A DNA stretch of 34,340 nucleotides from a virus (Duplodnaviria; Caudoviricetes), in IMG/VR virus record IMGVR_UViG_3300032330_001086, positions 1 through 34,340 of that record. One strand, given 5' to 3'. Shown here piece by piece: positions 9,126 to 16,897 of this stretch (its first letter is position 1; every line of letters starts with the position of its first letter). The position numbers and the translations under genes were made by a program. The notes beneath the pieces were generated by a model. That model did not search any database, was not told the DNA's origin, and was given only the letters and a program-made list of their open reading frames with translations.

Positions 9126-9646
9126 CGCATTTCTCTTATGTTCAAGTGTTTGAATGTGTCCTGCAGTAGATAAATCTGGCGCTGACAGTCTTCCAATGCA
9201 TGGTGAGTGGCTGGATACTTGGGCAAGTCTGGATATAGGCTGTATACGGTTCTGGCATCACGAACCTTATAGTACTTCCAGGGCAAGGGCTTGTTGTAGC
9301 TCTTGTAGGCATGTTCCAAGATGTTCATGTCATATGTAGGACCATTTGCCCACACATAGTTGGCTTGCCAAATCAGTCGACCCAGCTCGTCAAGAGCTTG
9401 ATCCAGTGGTACTCTGTTATCTTCTCCAAAAGCTTCTTCTCTGCTTTCGGCGGGTTGCGTGGCCCACCAGTCTATAGTGCCCTGCTCAATGTTGCGGTCT
9501 GGTTGACTCTCCAAAGTAATACGAGCGTAATAATGGCGATCGTGCCACCCTCTGCTCATGGGATCAAACATTTGAGCGCCAATGGTCAATATGGTAGCAC
9601 TGGGACCAGTGCCCAAACCTTCCAAATCTATCATTATATCAGCCAT
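9122..9646 (-). CDS. DEDDh 3'-5' exonuclease (DexA / RNase AS-like)
   Basis: IMIDLE, WANGPTYD, RDART, HHALEDC. Likely start MADIMIDLE at 9646. Confidence 0.88.
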   Translation of the reverse strand: MADIMIDLEGLGTGPSATILTIGAQMFDPMSRGWHDRHYYARITLESQPDRNIEQGTIDWWATQPAESREEAFGEDNRVPLDQALDELGRLIWQANYVWANGPTYDMNILEHAYKSYNKPLPWKYYKVRDARTVYSLYPDLPKYPATHHALEDCQRQIYLLQDTFKHLNIREMR

Positions 9647-9652
9647 GCTGCT

Positions 9653-9681
9653 ATTATAGCAGGGCAAAGAAGTGTTGTCTA
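9653..9681 (-). promoter_or_regulatory. Sigma70-type early promoter for the exonuclease and dNMP kinase genes
   Basis: TAGACA-17 nt-TATAAT with extended TG. The -10 box is 6 nt from the ATG. Confidence 0.75.
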
Positions 9682-9688
9682 GTGTGCT

Positions 9689-10459
9689 TTAGCCAATTAC
9701 AAATGTCAAGGGCTGGCTGCCATCCACATACATCTTGAGCTGCTCGATTAGGTTGTCCATTTGGGCTTGAGCTTCGCCTTTCATGGCAGTGCCATTTAGC
9801 ACTGTTCCGCCCTGCGGACCAGCAATTTGCTGAAACTTTTCACGAGCTTCGCCCACAATCATTTTGCAGGCAGCAACCATGTAGTCGCGAATCCATTGCG
9901 AAATTTGGTAGTCCATTAACAGGTTGAATTCTGGCTTGAGATTGTAGGTCCACAGCAACACGTTTTCACCTGTGCCACGCGGGTCGCGTACAATCTGCAG
10001 TTTCTTTGTGACAGGATTCCAAGTGTAGTTCAAGAAACCACCAAACATTCTAGCAGCCAATTCCACATACTGAGTGTAGAAGTCGTATGTGGCCAAGCCA
10101 CCTGCTACGTTGAAGTTCATGAGGTACACGTTTAAACTGGCTTGACTGAACGGATCAAAGTTTGACGCAAATGGACCCACCGAATCGCCAAAAGTTCTGC
10201 GGAAGATTTGACGCACTGAAATAACTTCCTGCGGCAAGGTATAGATCTGCACATCGCGTACCAGTTCCATGAAACTGTAGCTTTCCTCGTAGGCGTTTTG
10301 TGCCCGTTGACGATAAGTGCCTATGGTTTTTTGATAGGCTGCTTCGTAGTGCGCAGCATCTAACTCTACATCAATGATCTGATCTGCCATCTGCAGACGC
10401 ACATAATCAATGAGATTTTGTTTGAGTGTTACAAGCGAGGTATCAGATTCTAAGGCCAT
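9689..10459 (-). CDS. gp13: Neck protein (head-tail adaptor), gp13-like
   Basis: L..YVRL......IDVELD..H, YTLPQEVISVRQI, WIRDY..A..K...GEAR.KF....GP.GG..LNG. Confidence 0.85.
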   Translation of the reverse strand: MALESDTSLVTLKQNLIDYVRLQMADQIIDVELDAAHYEAAYQKTIGTYRQRAQNAYEESYSFMELVRDVQIYTLPQEVISVRQIFRRTFGDSVGPFASNFDPFSQASLNVYLMNFNVAGGLATYDFYTQYVELAARMFGGFLNYTWNPVTKKLQIVRDPRGTGENVLLWTYNLKPEFNLLMDYQISQWIRDYMVAACKMIVGEAREKFQQIAGPQGGTVLNGTAMKGEAQAQMDNLIEQLKMYVDGSQPLTFVIG

Positions 10460-10462
10460 TGT

Positions 10463-10493
10463 AGGAGCTCCAGTGTTATTTACCAGAGCTCCT
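10463..10493 (-). promoter_or_regulatory. Hairpin occluding the gp13 SD, with late promoter TAAATA in its loop
   Basis: AGGAGCTC-TGG-TAAATA-ACA-CTG-GAGCTCCT-ACA-ATG. 8-bp perfect stem 10463-10470/10486-10493. Confidence 0.7.
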
Positions 10494-10500
10494 GGTGGGC

Positions 10501-11661
10501 TTACCAGGCTTTGAGAATTAGTGTGTCCTCGCTGCCACGCCCGTTGAACTTGGTTTCTGTGGCTCGAATTTCTTTGAACACTTTGCGGGCTGCGGGTTTG
10601 CCACTGGCAAGCAGTTTTTTGATCTGCTCTGCTGGCTTGCGCAGGGTTTTTTGCACAGTGTCTGCAGGACTAAACCCAATGATGGAATTGCCTTTGACAC
10701 TGATGGACCCTGCATGACTGTCAGCCACAATGTGGATTAGCTTGCGCTTGCGGACATTGTATAACCAGGCTTCCGAAGCATTCACCAGTTTCACAGCAGT
10801 TTCGCCTGTGAGCTTGAGTTCATCAAACTGTTTCAAGAACTTGAATCGAGCACTGAGTTTTTCTGGGCTCACAGGTTTTTTCTTGCGTGGCTTGCGCTCG
10901 ACCTTTTTGATCTGCACATAGGCACCGCAGTCATTGATCACTTGTTCAGCAAACTTCACAAAGTTCTTCATCTGTACTTTGTTGAAGCGACCATATCCTT
11001 CTACCAACTGTGCATCTTTGCCCGCTAACACTGTTTCAAACTCTAACAAATGTTGCTTCCACACTTCGGCAATGTCATTGACCATTTGCGGTGCAATGTT
11101 CATGTTACGCATCACATCAATGGGACGGAAGTTGGGCGTCATTTTGGCGCCAGCAGCCACAAAGTCATCCAACAGGCCTTCCAGTTCGCCACCACAGGCC
11201 GTGACCTTTTCACGCAGGCGATCTTGGATGTTGGGTTTGGCAGGTTCCGCTTCTTTTTCTGCTGCCTCTACCACCTTGACCACACCTCTACGAGCTGCTG
11301 TTTGATCTTTAATGTAGGTGTCAATTCGAGCTTGTTCTTCGGGCAGCAACACCAAGCCCACAACATTCATGCGGCACACCCAGGCCACAGTTGTGTTGAG
11401 AGCACTGTCAGGCACGCCACGAAAAGCATCCAAATCTCGTTTGCGATCCGCACGCTCAAGCCATTGCACAATAAAGTCACGAGCTTGTTTTTTGTCGTAG
11501 AAGTAATTGTACCAGTTCATGGCAGTGACCATGGCAGTGGGGCGGCTTTCTGGTGTGGGCTGTTCGCGCCATTCGGGTTCGGTGCCAAAGTGTTGTACCT
11601 CTGCGCCTTTGGGCATGAGCAGTCGTACTGCGCTGGTGTCCATTTTGCGTTTAGTAGCCAT
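10501..11661 (-). CDS. Conserved-type phage hypothetical protein, early-expressed, with basic C-terminal domain
   Basis: Likely start MATKRK at 11661 with SD AGGAG, 386 aa, consensus sigma70 promoter upstream. Confidence 0.75.
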   Translation of the reverse strand: MATKRKMDTSAVRLLMPKGAEVQHFGTEPEWREQPTPESRPTAMVTAMNWYNYFYDKKQARDFIVQWLERADRKRDLDAFRGVPDSALNTTVAWVCRMNVVGLVLLPEEQARIDTYIKDQTAARRGVVKVVEAAEKEAEPAKPNIQDRLREKVTACGGELEGLLDDFVAAGAKMTPNFRPIDVMRNMNIAPQMVNDIAEVWKQHLLEFETVLAGKDAQLVEGYGRFNKVQMKNFVKFAEQVINDCGAYVQIKKVERKPRKKKPVSPEKLSARFKFLKQFDELKLTGETAVKLVNASEAWLYNVRKRKLIHIVADSHAGSISVKGNSIIGFSPADTVQKTLRKPAEQIKKLLASGKPAARKVFKEIRATETKFNGRGSEDTLILKAW

Positions 11662-11686
11662 GTGCAACTCCTTGAGGTAAAATGGT

Positions 11687-11715
11687 ATTATAGCACACAA
11701 TCATTTTGGTGTCAA
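11687..11715 (-). promoter_or_regulatory. Consensus sigma70 promoter
   Basis: TTGACA-17 nt-TATAAT with extended TG: a perfect consensus. Confidence 0.85.
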
Positions 11716-11969
11716 CTGTAGATCAGCGTGGCCATTAGGAGATTTTTCTCAACATTATCAAGCTGTTGCATGGCCTTTTGGTGTAGTTCTTGATAGGCAT
11801 GAGTGGGTTTTTGCAGTCTGCGACAGCGCACACGCTCTTGATCTAGTTCTGTCAAAATACGCTTGGCCACACCCAGCATGCGCATGAGATCCCGACGGGC
11901 TTGCGTGTCCGTGATGCGCTGTATGCGCGCCTCTAAATCCTGAGCAATTTCTTCGGGTTTGGGATCCAT
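11712..11969 (-). CDS. Small helical hypothetical protein
   Basis: 85-aa ORF with its own sigma70-type promoter. Confidence 0.7.
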   Translation of the reverse strand: MDPKPEEIAQDLEARIQRITDTQARRDLMRMLGVAKRILTELDQERVRCRRLQKPTHAYQELHQKAMQQLDNVEKNLLMATLIYS

Positions 11970-11975
11970 ACTAGT

Positions 11976-12004
11976 ATTTTAGCTGACTAGTGTTTTGGTG
12001 TCAA
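11976..12004 (-). promoter_or_regulatory. Sigma70-type promoter
   Basis: TTGACA-17 nt-TAAAAT, 6 nt before ATG 11969. Shares TTGACACCAAAA with the promoter at 11687-11715. Confidence 0.75.
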
Positions 12005-12025
12005 TCTTCCCATAAATAATCGATC

Positions 12026-13402
12026 ATGCCAAGACTTAGTTTATACAGACCTAATCGCACTGCAGATTACCAGTTTCTTGATCGCACCATACGTGAAATG
12101 TACACCGTGGGCGGTGCAGACATGTATGTGCACAAGTACATGGGCCCGCAAACCGGAGGCACATCAAACGATGCCACACTGCCGGCCTACAGTCAAGAAA
12201 GTCCGTTGTTTATTGAAGATTTGTTGCTGCTAGAAAACCGTGATAGGGTGTACGATCCCAATGTATATGTTATGCGCGGTGTATACCTAACACAAGACAT
12301 AGATTTTGATCTAACACAGTTTGGCCTGTTCCTAAACAACGACACCTTGTTTATCACATTCCATTACAACGACATGATCGACACCTTTGGTCGCAAGCTC
12401 ATGGTAGGCGATGTGTTAGAAATACCCAATCTCAAAGACTATAATCCTTTGAACGAGTCATTGCCTAGAGCCTTGCCCAAGTACTATGTAATTCAGGATG
12501 CAGCATTTGCCAAAGAAGGTTTTAGTGCAACTTGGTTGCCGCACTTATGGCGCATCAAGGCCATGCCCATGGTCAATGCCCAGGAGTACCAAAGCATTAC
12601 TCAACAACCATTTGAGCCCGACAACATCTGGGATCCGGGTAACTTTTACCCTGGTGGTGTCACAGTTCTAGATGGTGACAAGTACTACGTATCAAATGGA
12701 AATGTGCCCCCGGGTACACCTATCACAGACACCAACTACTGGACTGAGAAAACCAATCCGAGCACAGTACAAGACAAAATGAGTAGTCGTCCCAAAGATT
12801 TGGAAATCAACGATGCTATCTTGGTTCAGAGTGAAGTGGAAGTTCCACGCAGCGGTTTCAACACTGGCAAATTCTTTATCTTGCCCACAGCACCCAATGG
12901 TCAACCTGCTGGGGTTGGACTTACAGCAGATCAAACCAGACCCACTGTGGATGGAACTCAACCAGGCGAAGGTATCACGCCCACAGGCTTTGGTTACACT
13001 GTGGGTTACTTAACTGGTAGTTACGATCAAAACGGCAACTTACAAGCACCCAATGGATTGCCTGTCACACCAGGTGTGACATTCCCACCCAGCCCAGTAG
13101 TGGGCGATTATGCATTACGACTGGATTACTTTCCCAATCGCCTGTTCCGTTACAATGGAACAACCTGGGTCAAGATTGAGGATGGTGTACGCACCAATCT
13201 CACCAATGGCATTGAGAACAATACTTTACGCTCAGGCTTTGTAAACAATACATACACTACACAAACAAAAGATCTTGGCGCAGTACCACAACGTCAAAGT
13301 CTCAGCAAAGCACTTGAACCCTTGGCAGACAACGGTGATCAAGGTGGTAACTTGCCTCCAAACCCACCACCCAACACACAACCCGGACAACCGAGCAGTT
13401 AA
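12026..13402 (+). CDS. gp14: Neck / head-closure protein gp14-like with C-terminal extension
   Basis: LTQFGLFL.ND.LFITFH, GRKLM.GDVLEIP, then W.PHLWR.K..P. Lies upstream of the gp15-like gene. TAAATA at 12013-12018. Confidence 0.75.
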   Translation: MPRLSLYRPNRTADYQFLDRTIREMYTVGGADMYVHKYMGPQTGGTSNDATLPAYSQESPLFIEDLLLLENRDRVYDPNVYVMRGVYLTQDIDFDLTQFGLFLNNDTLFITFHYNDMIDTFGRKLMVGDVLEIPNLKDYNPLNESLPRALPKYYVIQDAAFAKEGFSATWLPHLWRIKAMPMVNAQEYQSITQQPFEPDNIWDPGNFYPGGVTVLDGDKYYVSNGNVPPGTPITDTNYWTEKTNPSTVQDKMSSRPKDLEINDAILVQSEVEVPRSGFNTGKFFILPTAPNGQPAGVGLTADQTRPTVDGTQPGEGITPTGFGYTVGYLTGSYDQNGNLQAPNGLPVTPGVTFPPSPVVGDYALRLDYFPNRLFRYNGTTWVKIEDGVRTNLTNGIENNTLRSGFVNNTYTTQTKDLGAVPQRQSLSKALEPLADNGDQGGNLPPNPPPNTQPGQPSS

Positions 13403-13405
13403 CCT

Positions 13406-13507
13406 ATGTACATCTATAAAATTACAAATAATGTAAACCAGAAAGTTTACATTGGTCAAACTTGGAAACTCATTGATGGTAAAAGAACATATATGGAAAA
13501 AACATAA
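13406..13507 (+). pseudogene. Internally deleted GIY-YIG homing endonuclease remnant (33 codons)
   Basis: Translates MYIYKITNNVNQKVYIGQTWKLIDGKRTYMEKT*. The GIY-YIG N-terminal motif is joined directly to a C-terminal-type tail. AT-rich, and the stop overlaps the gp15 ATG. Confidence 0.8.
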
Positions 13508-14904
13508 TGAGTCAGCAATATTTTTATGACGAACAGATACGACGCTTTCTGCTGCAGTTTACCAGAGTATTCAGCTTGTTCCAAGTTGAGTATGGTAGAA
13601 ACGAAGCAGGCAAAGGCGACGATACTTTGATCCGTGTGCCTGTACGGTATGGCGATAGTAGTCGGCAAGCCCAGACTATATTACAAGAAAATTCTGCCAA
13701 CTTCTTGCCATCCACACCTTTGATGACTTTTTATATCACTGCATTGGATTATGATCGTGATCGCATGCAAGAACCTTACTTTGTGGACAAGATCAATGTG
13801 CGTCAGCGTTTTTATGATCAAGCCACCGACAGTTACGAAACCACACAAGGTAATGCGTTCACCATTGAACGACTGATGCCTGTGCCATACATGTTGACCA
13901 TAAACTTGGACATTTGGACTTCAAACACCAATCAAAAAATGCAGTTGCTGGAACAGATTCTTACTTTGTTTAATCCTGCGCTAGAAATTCAAAGCACAGA
14001 CAACTACATTGACTGGACCAGTTTGACTGTGCTAAATCTTGAGCGTGTGATTTGGACTAACAGAATCATTCCTGTTAATACTGAGAATCCTATTGACATT
14101 GCTACGCTGACATTTAAACTACCTATTTGGATCAGTTCGCCGGCCAAGATCAAAAAACTGGGCGTGATAGAACGTGTTATTGCCAGCATTTATGATGCCA
14201 AAGGCGACGCTGCCAATGCTATTTTAGACAATGACCTATTGTTAGGCACCAGACAGATTATCACACCTTACAATTATCAAGTGGTATTGATTGATGGGCG
14301 TTTACAGATTCTTCGTGAGCCTCAAGTGGTAGATCAGCCAAACTCAAGTCTTGAAGCACCCGACATTGTGGGCACCAGCAACTTGTTATGGCCAGGAGTG
14401 CTTTCTATGTACGGAACCTATCGTCCAGGTATCAGTCAAATAAGATTAGAACAACCTGATGGTACCGATGTGATTGGTACAGTGGTACTTGATCCCAACG
14501 ATGACCGGTTTTTATTATACAGTGTAGACATAGATACAGTACCTCATAACACACTATTACCAGTTAATGCTGTGATCAATCCGTTGACCAGTGGTCCCAA
14601 TCAAGGCTTGCCAGCACCAGCCGAAGGTATACGTTATCTATTGACTCAAGACACTGGTAGCGACAACGGGTATGCCGCGGCCTGGGCAGGCACTTTAAGT
14701 CAGCCATTGGTTGCACAAGCCAACGACATCATTGAGTATGATGGTACCAAATGGGTAGTGGCTTTTGATCACAACTCAAGTCCAAACAATGTGCAATATG
14801 TCACCAATATCACCACTGCCATACAGTACAAATGGCAGAGCAATGCTTGGACCAAGAGCTATCAAGGTCTTTACAAGGGGGGCCAGTGGAGTTTGGTGTT
14901 GTAA
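13507..14904 (+). CDS. gp15: Tail sheath stabilizer / terminator gp15-like with C-terminal extension
   Basis: YFYDEQIRR....F...FS, VPVRYG, P.M.F.IT.L.YD..R, PVPY.L...L.IW......Q.LEQIL..FNP. Confidence 0.85.
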   Translation: MSQQYFYDEQIRRFLLQFTRVFSLFQVEYGRNEAGKGDDTLIRVPVRYGDSSRQAQTILQENSANFLPSTPLMTFYITALDYDRDRMQEPYFVDKINVRQRFYDQATDSYETTQGNAFTIERLMPVPYMLTINLDIWTSNTNQKMQLLEQILTLFNPALEIQSTDNYIDWTSLTVLNLERVIWTNRIIPVNTENPIDIATLTFKLPIWISSPAKIKKLGVIERVIASIYDAKGDAANAILDNDLLLGTRQIITPYNYQVVLIDGRLQILREPQVVDQPNSSLEAPDIVGTSNLLWPGVLSMYGTYRPGISQIRLEQPDGTDVIGTVVLDPNDDRFLLYSVDIDTVPHNTLLPVNAVINPLTSGPNQGLPAPAEGIRYLLTQDTGSDNGYAAAWAGTLSQPLVAQANDIIEYDGTKWVVAFDHNSSPNNVQYVTNITTAIQYKWQSNAWTKSYQGLYKGGQWSLVL

Positions 14905-15323
14905 ACGCAGTGGGTGTTTGGTTCTTCGCTGCCAACACTCGCCGTTATCTCTATCTCTTGCGCAACGATCCTAGGCATCCCAGCACCTGGGGTTTGCCTG
15001 GTGGCAAGATTGAACCTGGTGAAACCATGTTAGAAGCCTTGCGCAGAGAGTGTGTGGAAGAACTGGGATCAATGCCCGACTACGCACGACTAGTGCCTTT
15101 GGAAAAATTCACAACCTATGACTCACGCTTTGTGTACCACACATTCTTTGCCACAGTTGCAGAAGAATTTGTGCCCACACTCAATGAAGAACACTTTGGC
15201 TATGCTTGGATTGAGTCGGGTCACTGGCCCAAACCCATGCATCCAGGTTTATGGAACACAGTGAACTTTGATGCAGTACAGGAAAAAGTAGCAGCCTTGG
15301 AACGGTCAACTGAGCAGGCCTAA
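14886..15323 (+). CDS. Nudix hydrolase
   Basis: Nudix box WGLPGGKIEPGET..EAL.REC.EELG and LNEEH..YAW. Start uncertain: GTG at 14886 preferred over 14832. Confidence 0.9.
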   Translation: MEFGVVNAVGVWFFAANTRRYLYLLRNDPRHPSTWGLPGGKIEPGETMLEALRRECVEELGSMPDYARLVPLEKFTTYDSRFVYHTFFATVAEEFVPTLNEEHFGYAWIESGHWPKPMHPGLWNTVNFDAVQEKVAALERSTEQA

Positions 15324-15878
15324 AAACCTTGCCATGGGCATGTGCTTGAGATTGGCCAGGTGATCAAACTCCGGTATGTGAGCTGTGGTATCACCTTGCA
15401 CTCTATAAAATTTCCGCATCGGAAAATCATTTACTATAGTCACTAATTGCCGAACCCAGTTACCAGTATAGGTGGGTGCTGATCCAGGCTTCTTGTAGTG
15501 TTCGGCACCGGCATAGATATTATTGAACAGTTTGTCCGGTCCTGGACCCATGTCGAATCCAATGAGATAAATTTCTGGATGCCCATCTTGGGCAGCCAGG
15601 CTCACTGCTATGGGTCCAGAACTATAGCCAAAATATTTTTCTGGCACTGGTTGAGAGCCTCGTTGGGGCATGGGTCTACGAGTGTGGTGACGATTCTTTA
15701 AGGGATAACCAGACTCTTGAATTTCTGTGCTGATGGGTTTGTCAGTACTTACCAACACTGTGGGTGTGAATTCTCTGTACAAGGCATTGCAGCCGTAGAC
15801 TATGCCCGTTTGCTCTAGCTGCTGGAGAGAAATTGCTTGTCTGCTTATGCCGTTACCAAGTACAAATGCTCTGGTCAT
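15306..15878 (-). CDS. Rossmann-like protein of DUF115/MptE- or sialyltransferase-like type (putative transferase)
   Basis: AFVLGNGISR, YGCNALYR, SSGP.A..LA, IYLIGFDM motif series. Confidence 0.6.
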   Translation of the reverse strand: MTRAFVLGNGISRQAISLQQLEQTGIVYGCNALYREFTPTVLVSTDKPISTEIQESGYPLKNRHHTRRPMPQRGSQPVPEKYFGYSSGPIAVSLAAQDGHPEIYLIGFDMGPGPDKLFNNIYAGAEHYKKPGSAPTYTGNWVRQLVTIVNDFPMRKFYRVQGDTTAHIPEFDHLANLKHMPMARFLGLLS

Positions 15879-15909
15879 AAAAAATCCTCCTTGTAGTTAG
15901 CAAGGAGGA
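15879..15909 (-). terminator. Terminator hairpin containing the downstream SD, with a TAACTA late-promoter variant in its loop
   Basis: TCCTCCTTG-CTAACTA-CAAGGAGGA-TTTTTT-ATG: 9-bp perfect stem plus U6. Confidence 0.75.
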
Positions 15910-15928
15910 CGGAATGTGCTGCAAGATA

Positions 15929-16768
15929 TTAGGCGGTAACGTTGTCTACTTGAGCCAACTGGATAGTACCGTTTTGTGCGTTGGCACTGTTTTGTACTTC
16001 CAAACCACTTTGTGTAACTGTGCCTTCGTCTGTGAAGAAGTTGGTCACATAGTAGTTCTCGCTACTCTGGATGTTTGGACCAAGATTGCTGTCGCTGTAG
16101 TTACCATAGGTCATACCGTTCCAGTCGCGGATCCACTTGTTGGTGATGTAGCTGGCATACACTGCTGAACTGTCGCCCACGCTGTACTTGATGCTCATGT
16201 AACCTGCATCTGGTGTTCCGGTGTTTTCTAAAATACATTGTCCAACTACATAGACGGTGCCATTTCCTGAGCCCACTGCTGTGGCTGTGAAAATGTCGCC
16301 TACTGCAAAGTTGTTGCCGGCACCAACTGCGGCCCAATCGGTGGTTGTACCGAGGGCAACAATTTGATAGGCTTGACCTACAACAAATGCGCTTGGAGCC
16401 ACAGTTTCATATGTGTATGCAACCAAGAACTTGTGCGAACCTTTTTGACGGACGATGCGTCCGGTGTAATGATTTGAAATGTCGTAGGTGTTGGAATTAT
16501 CAGCTAGTAAAATGTTTACCAAGCATGACACTTCTGGATAGGTTGTAGTTGGCGTACTGGTCGGAGGCACACCACCCACAACACCCAAGAACTGTGCTGG
16601 ATCTAAGGTTTGTACTGGTGCGTTGTAAACTGGATCAGTTAAGCTACTGAATGGAGGGAAACCTGCATCAGTTAGAATAGTTTGATTGTACGTGGTAACT
16701 GGTGGTGTACCTGTTGTGGTACTGCCCGAACCAACGTTGTTTTTTTGAATTTTTAAAGCGCGTCCCAT
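15929..16768 (-). CDS. Putative virion structural / decoration protein (Thr/Gly/Val-rich, beta-rich)
   Basis: 279 aa, IVRQKGSHKFLV motif and an internal A.AFVVGQ.Y.I...GTT.W..VGA....VG..FTAT..GSG.G module. Strong SD and TAAATA upstream. Confidence 0.65.
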   Translation of the reverse strand: MGRALKIQKNNVGSGSTTTGTPPVTTYNQTILTDAGFPPFSSLTDPVYNAPVQTLDPAQFLGVVGGVPPTSTPTTTYPEVSCLVNILLADNSNTYDISNHYTGRIVRQKGSHKFLVAYTYETVAPSAFVVGQAYQIVALGTTTDWAAVGAGNNFAVGDIFTATAVGSGNGTVYVVGQCILENTGTPDAGYMSIKYSVGDSSAVYASYITNKWIRDWNGMTYGNYSDSNLGPNIQSSENYYVTNFFTDEGTVTQSGLEVQNSANAQNGTIQLAQVDNVTA

Positions 16769-16856
16769 TGTTTTCTCCTTGTAGAAGTCCTATGTGGGTT
16801 CTAGCCACTACGCGGGGGATCCGCATAAAACGCCCAAATGCGTTGACAAGTATTTA
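16769..16856 (-). promoter_or_regulatory. Late promoter plus structured 5' leader (three hairpins and a possible pseudoknot)
   Basis: TAAATA at 16851-16856. Stems AACGC/GCGTT, TATGCGG/CCGCGTA and GTGG/CCAC. Loop TAGAA is complementary to TTCTA beside SD AAGGAG. Confidence 0.55.
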
Positions 16857-16897
16857 GCAAATTTTGGTAAACTCAGCCACTGTGGCTACATAATGCT

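Noticed and set aside
13456-13668. Minus-strand 70-aa ORF across the gp14-gp15 gap
   Set aside because: The gap is better explained by the plus-strand GIY-YIG remnant
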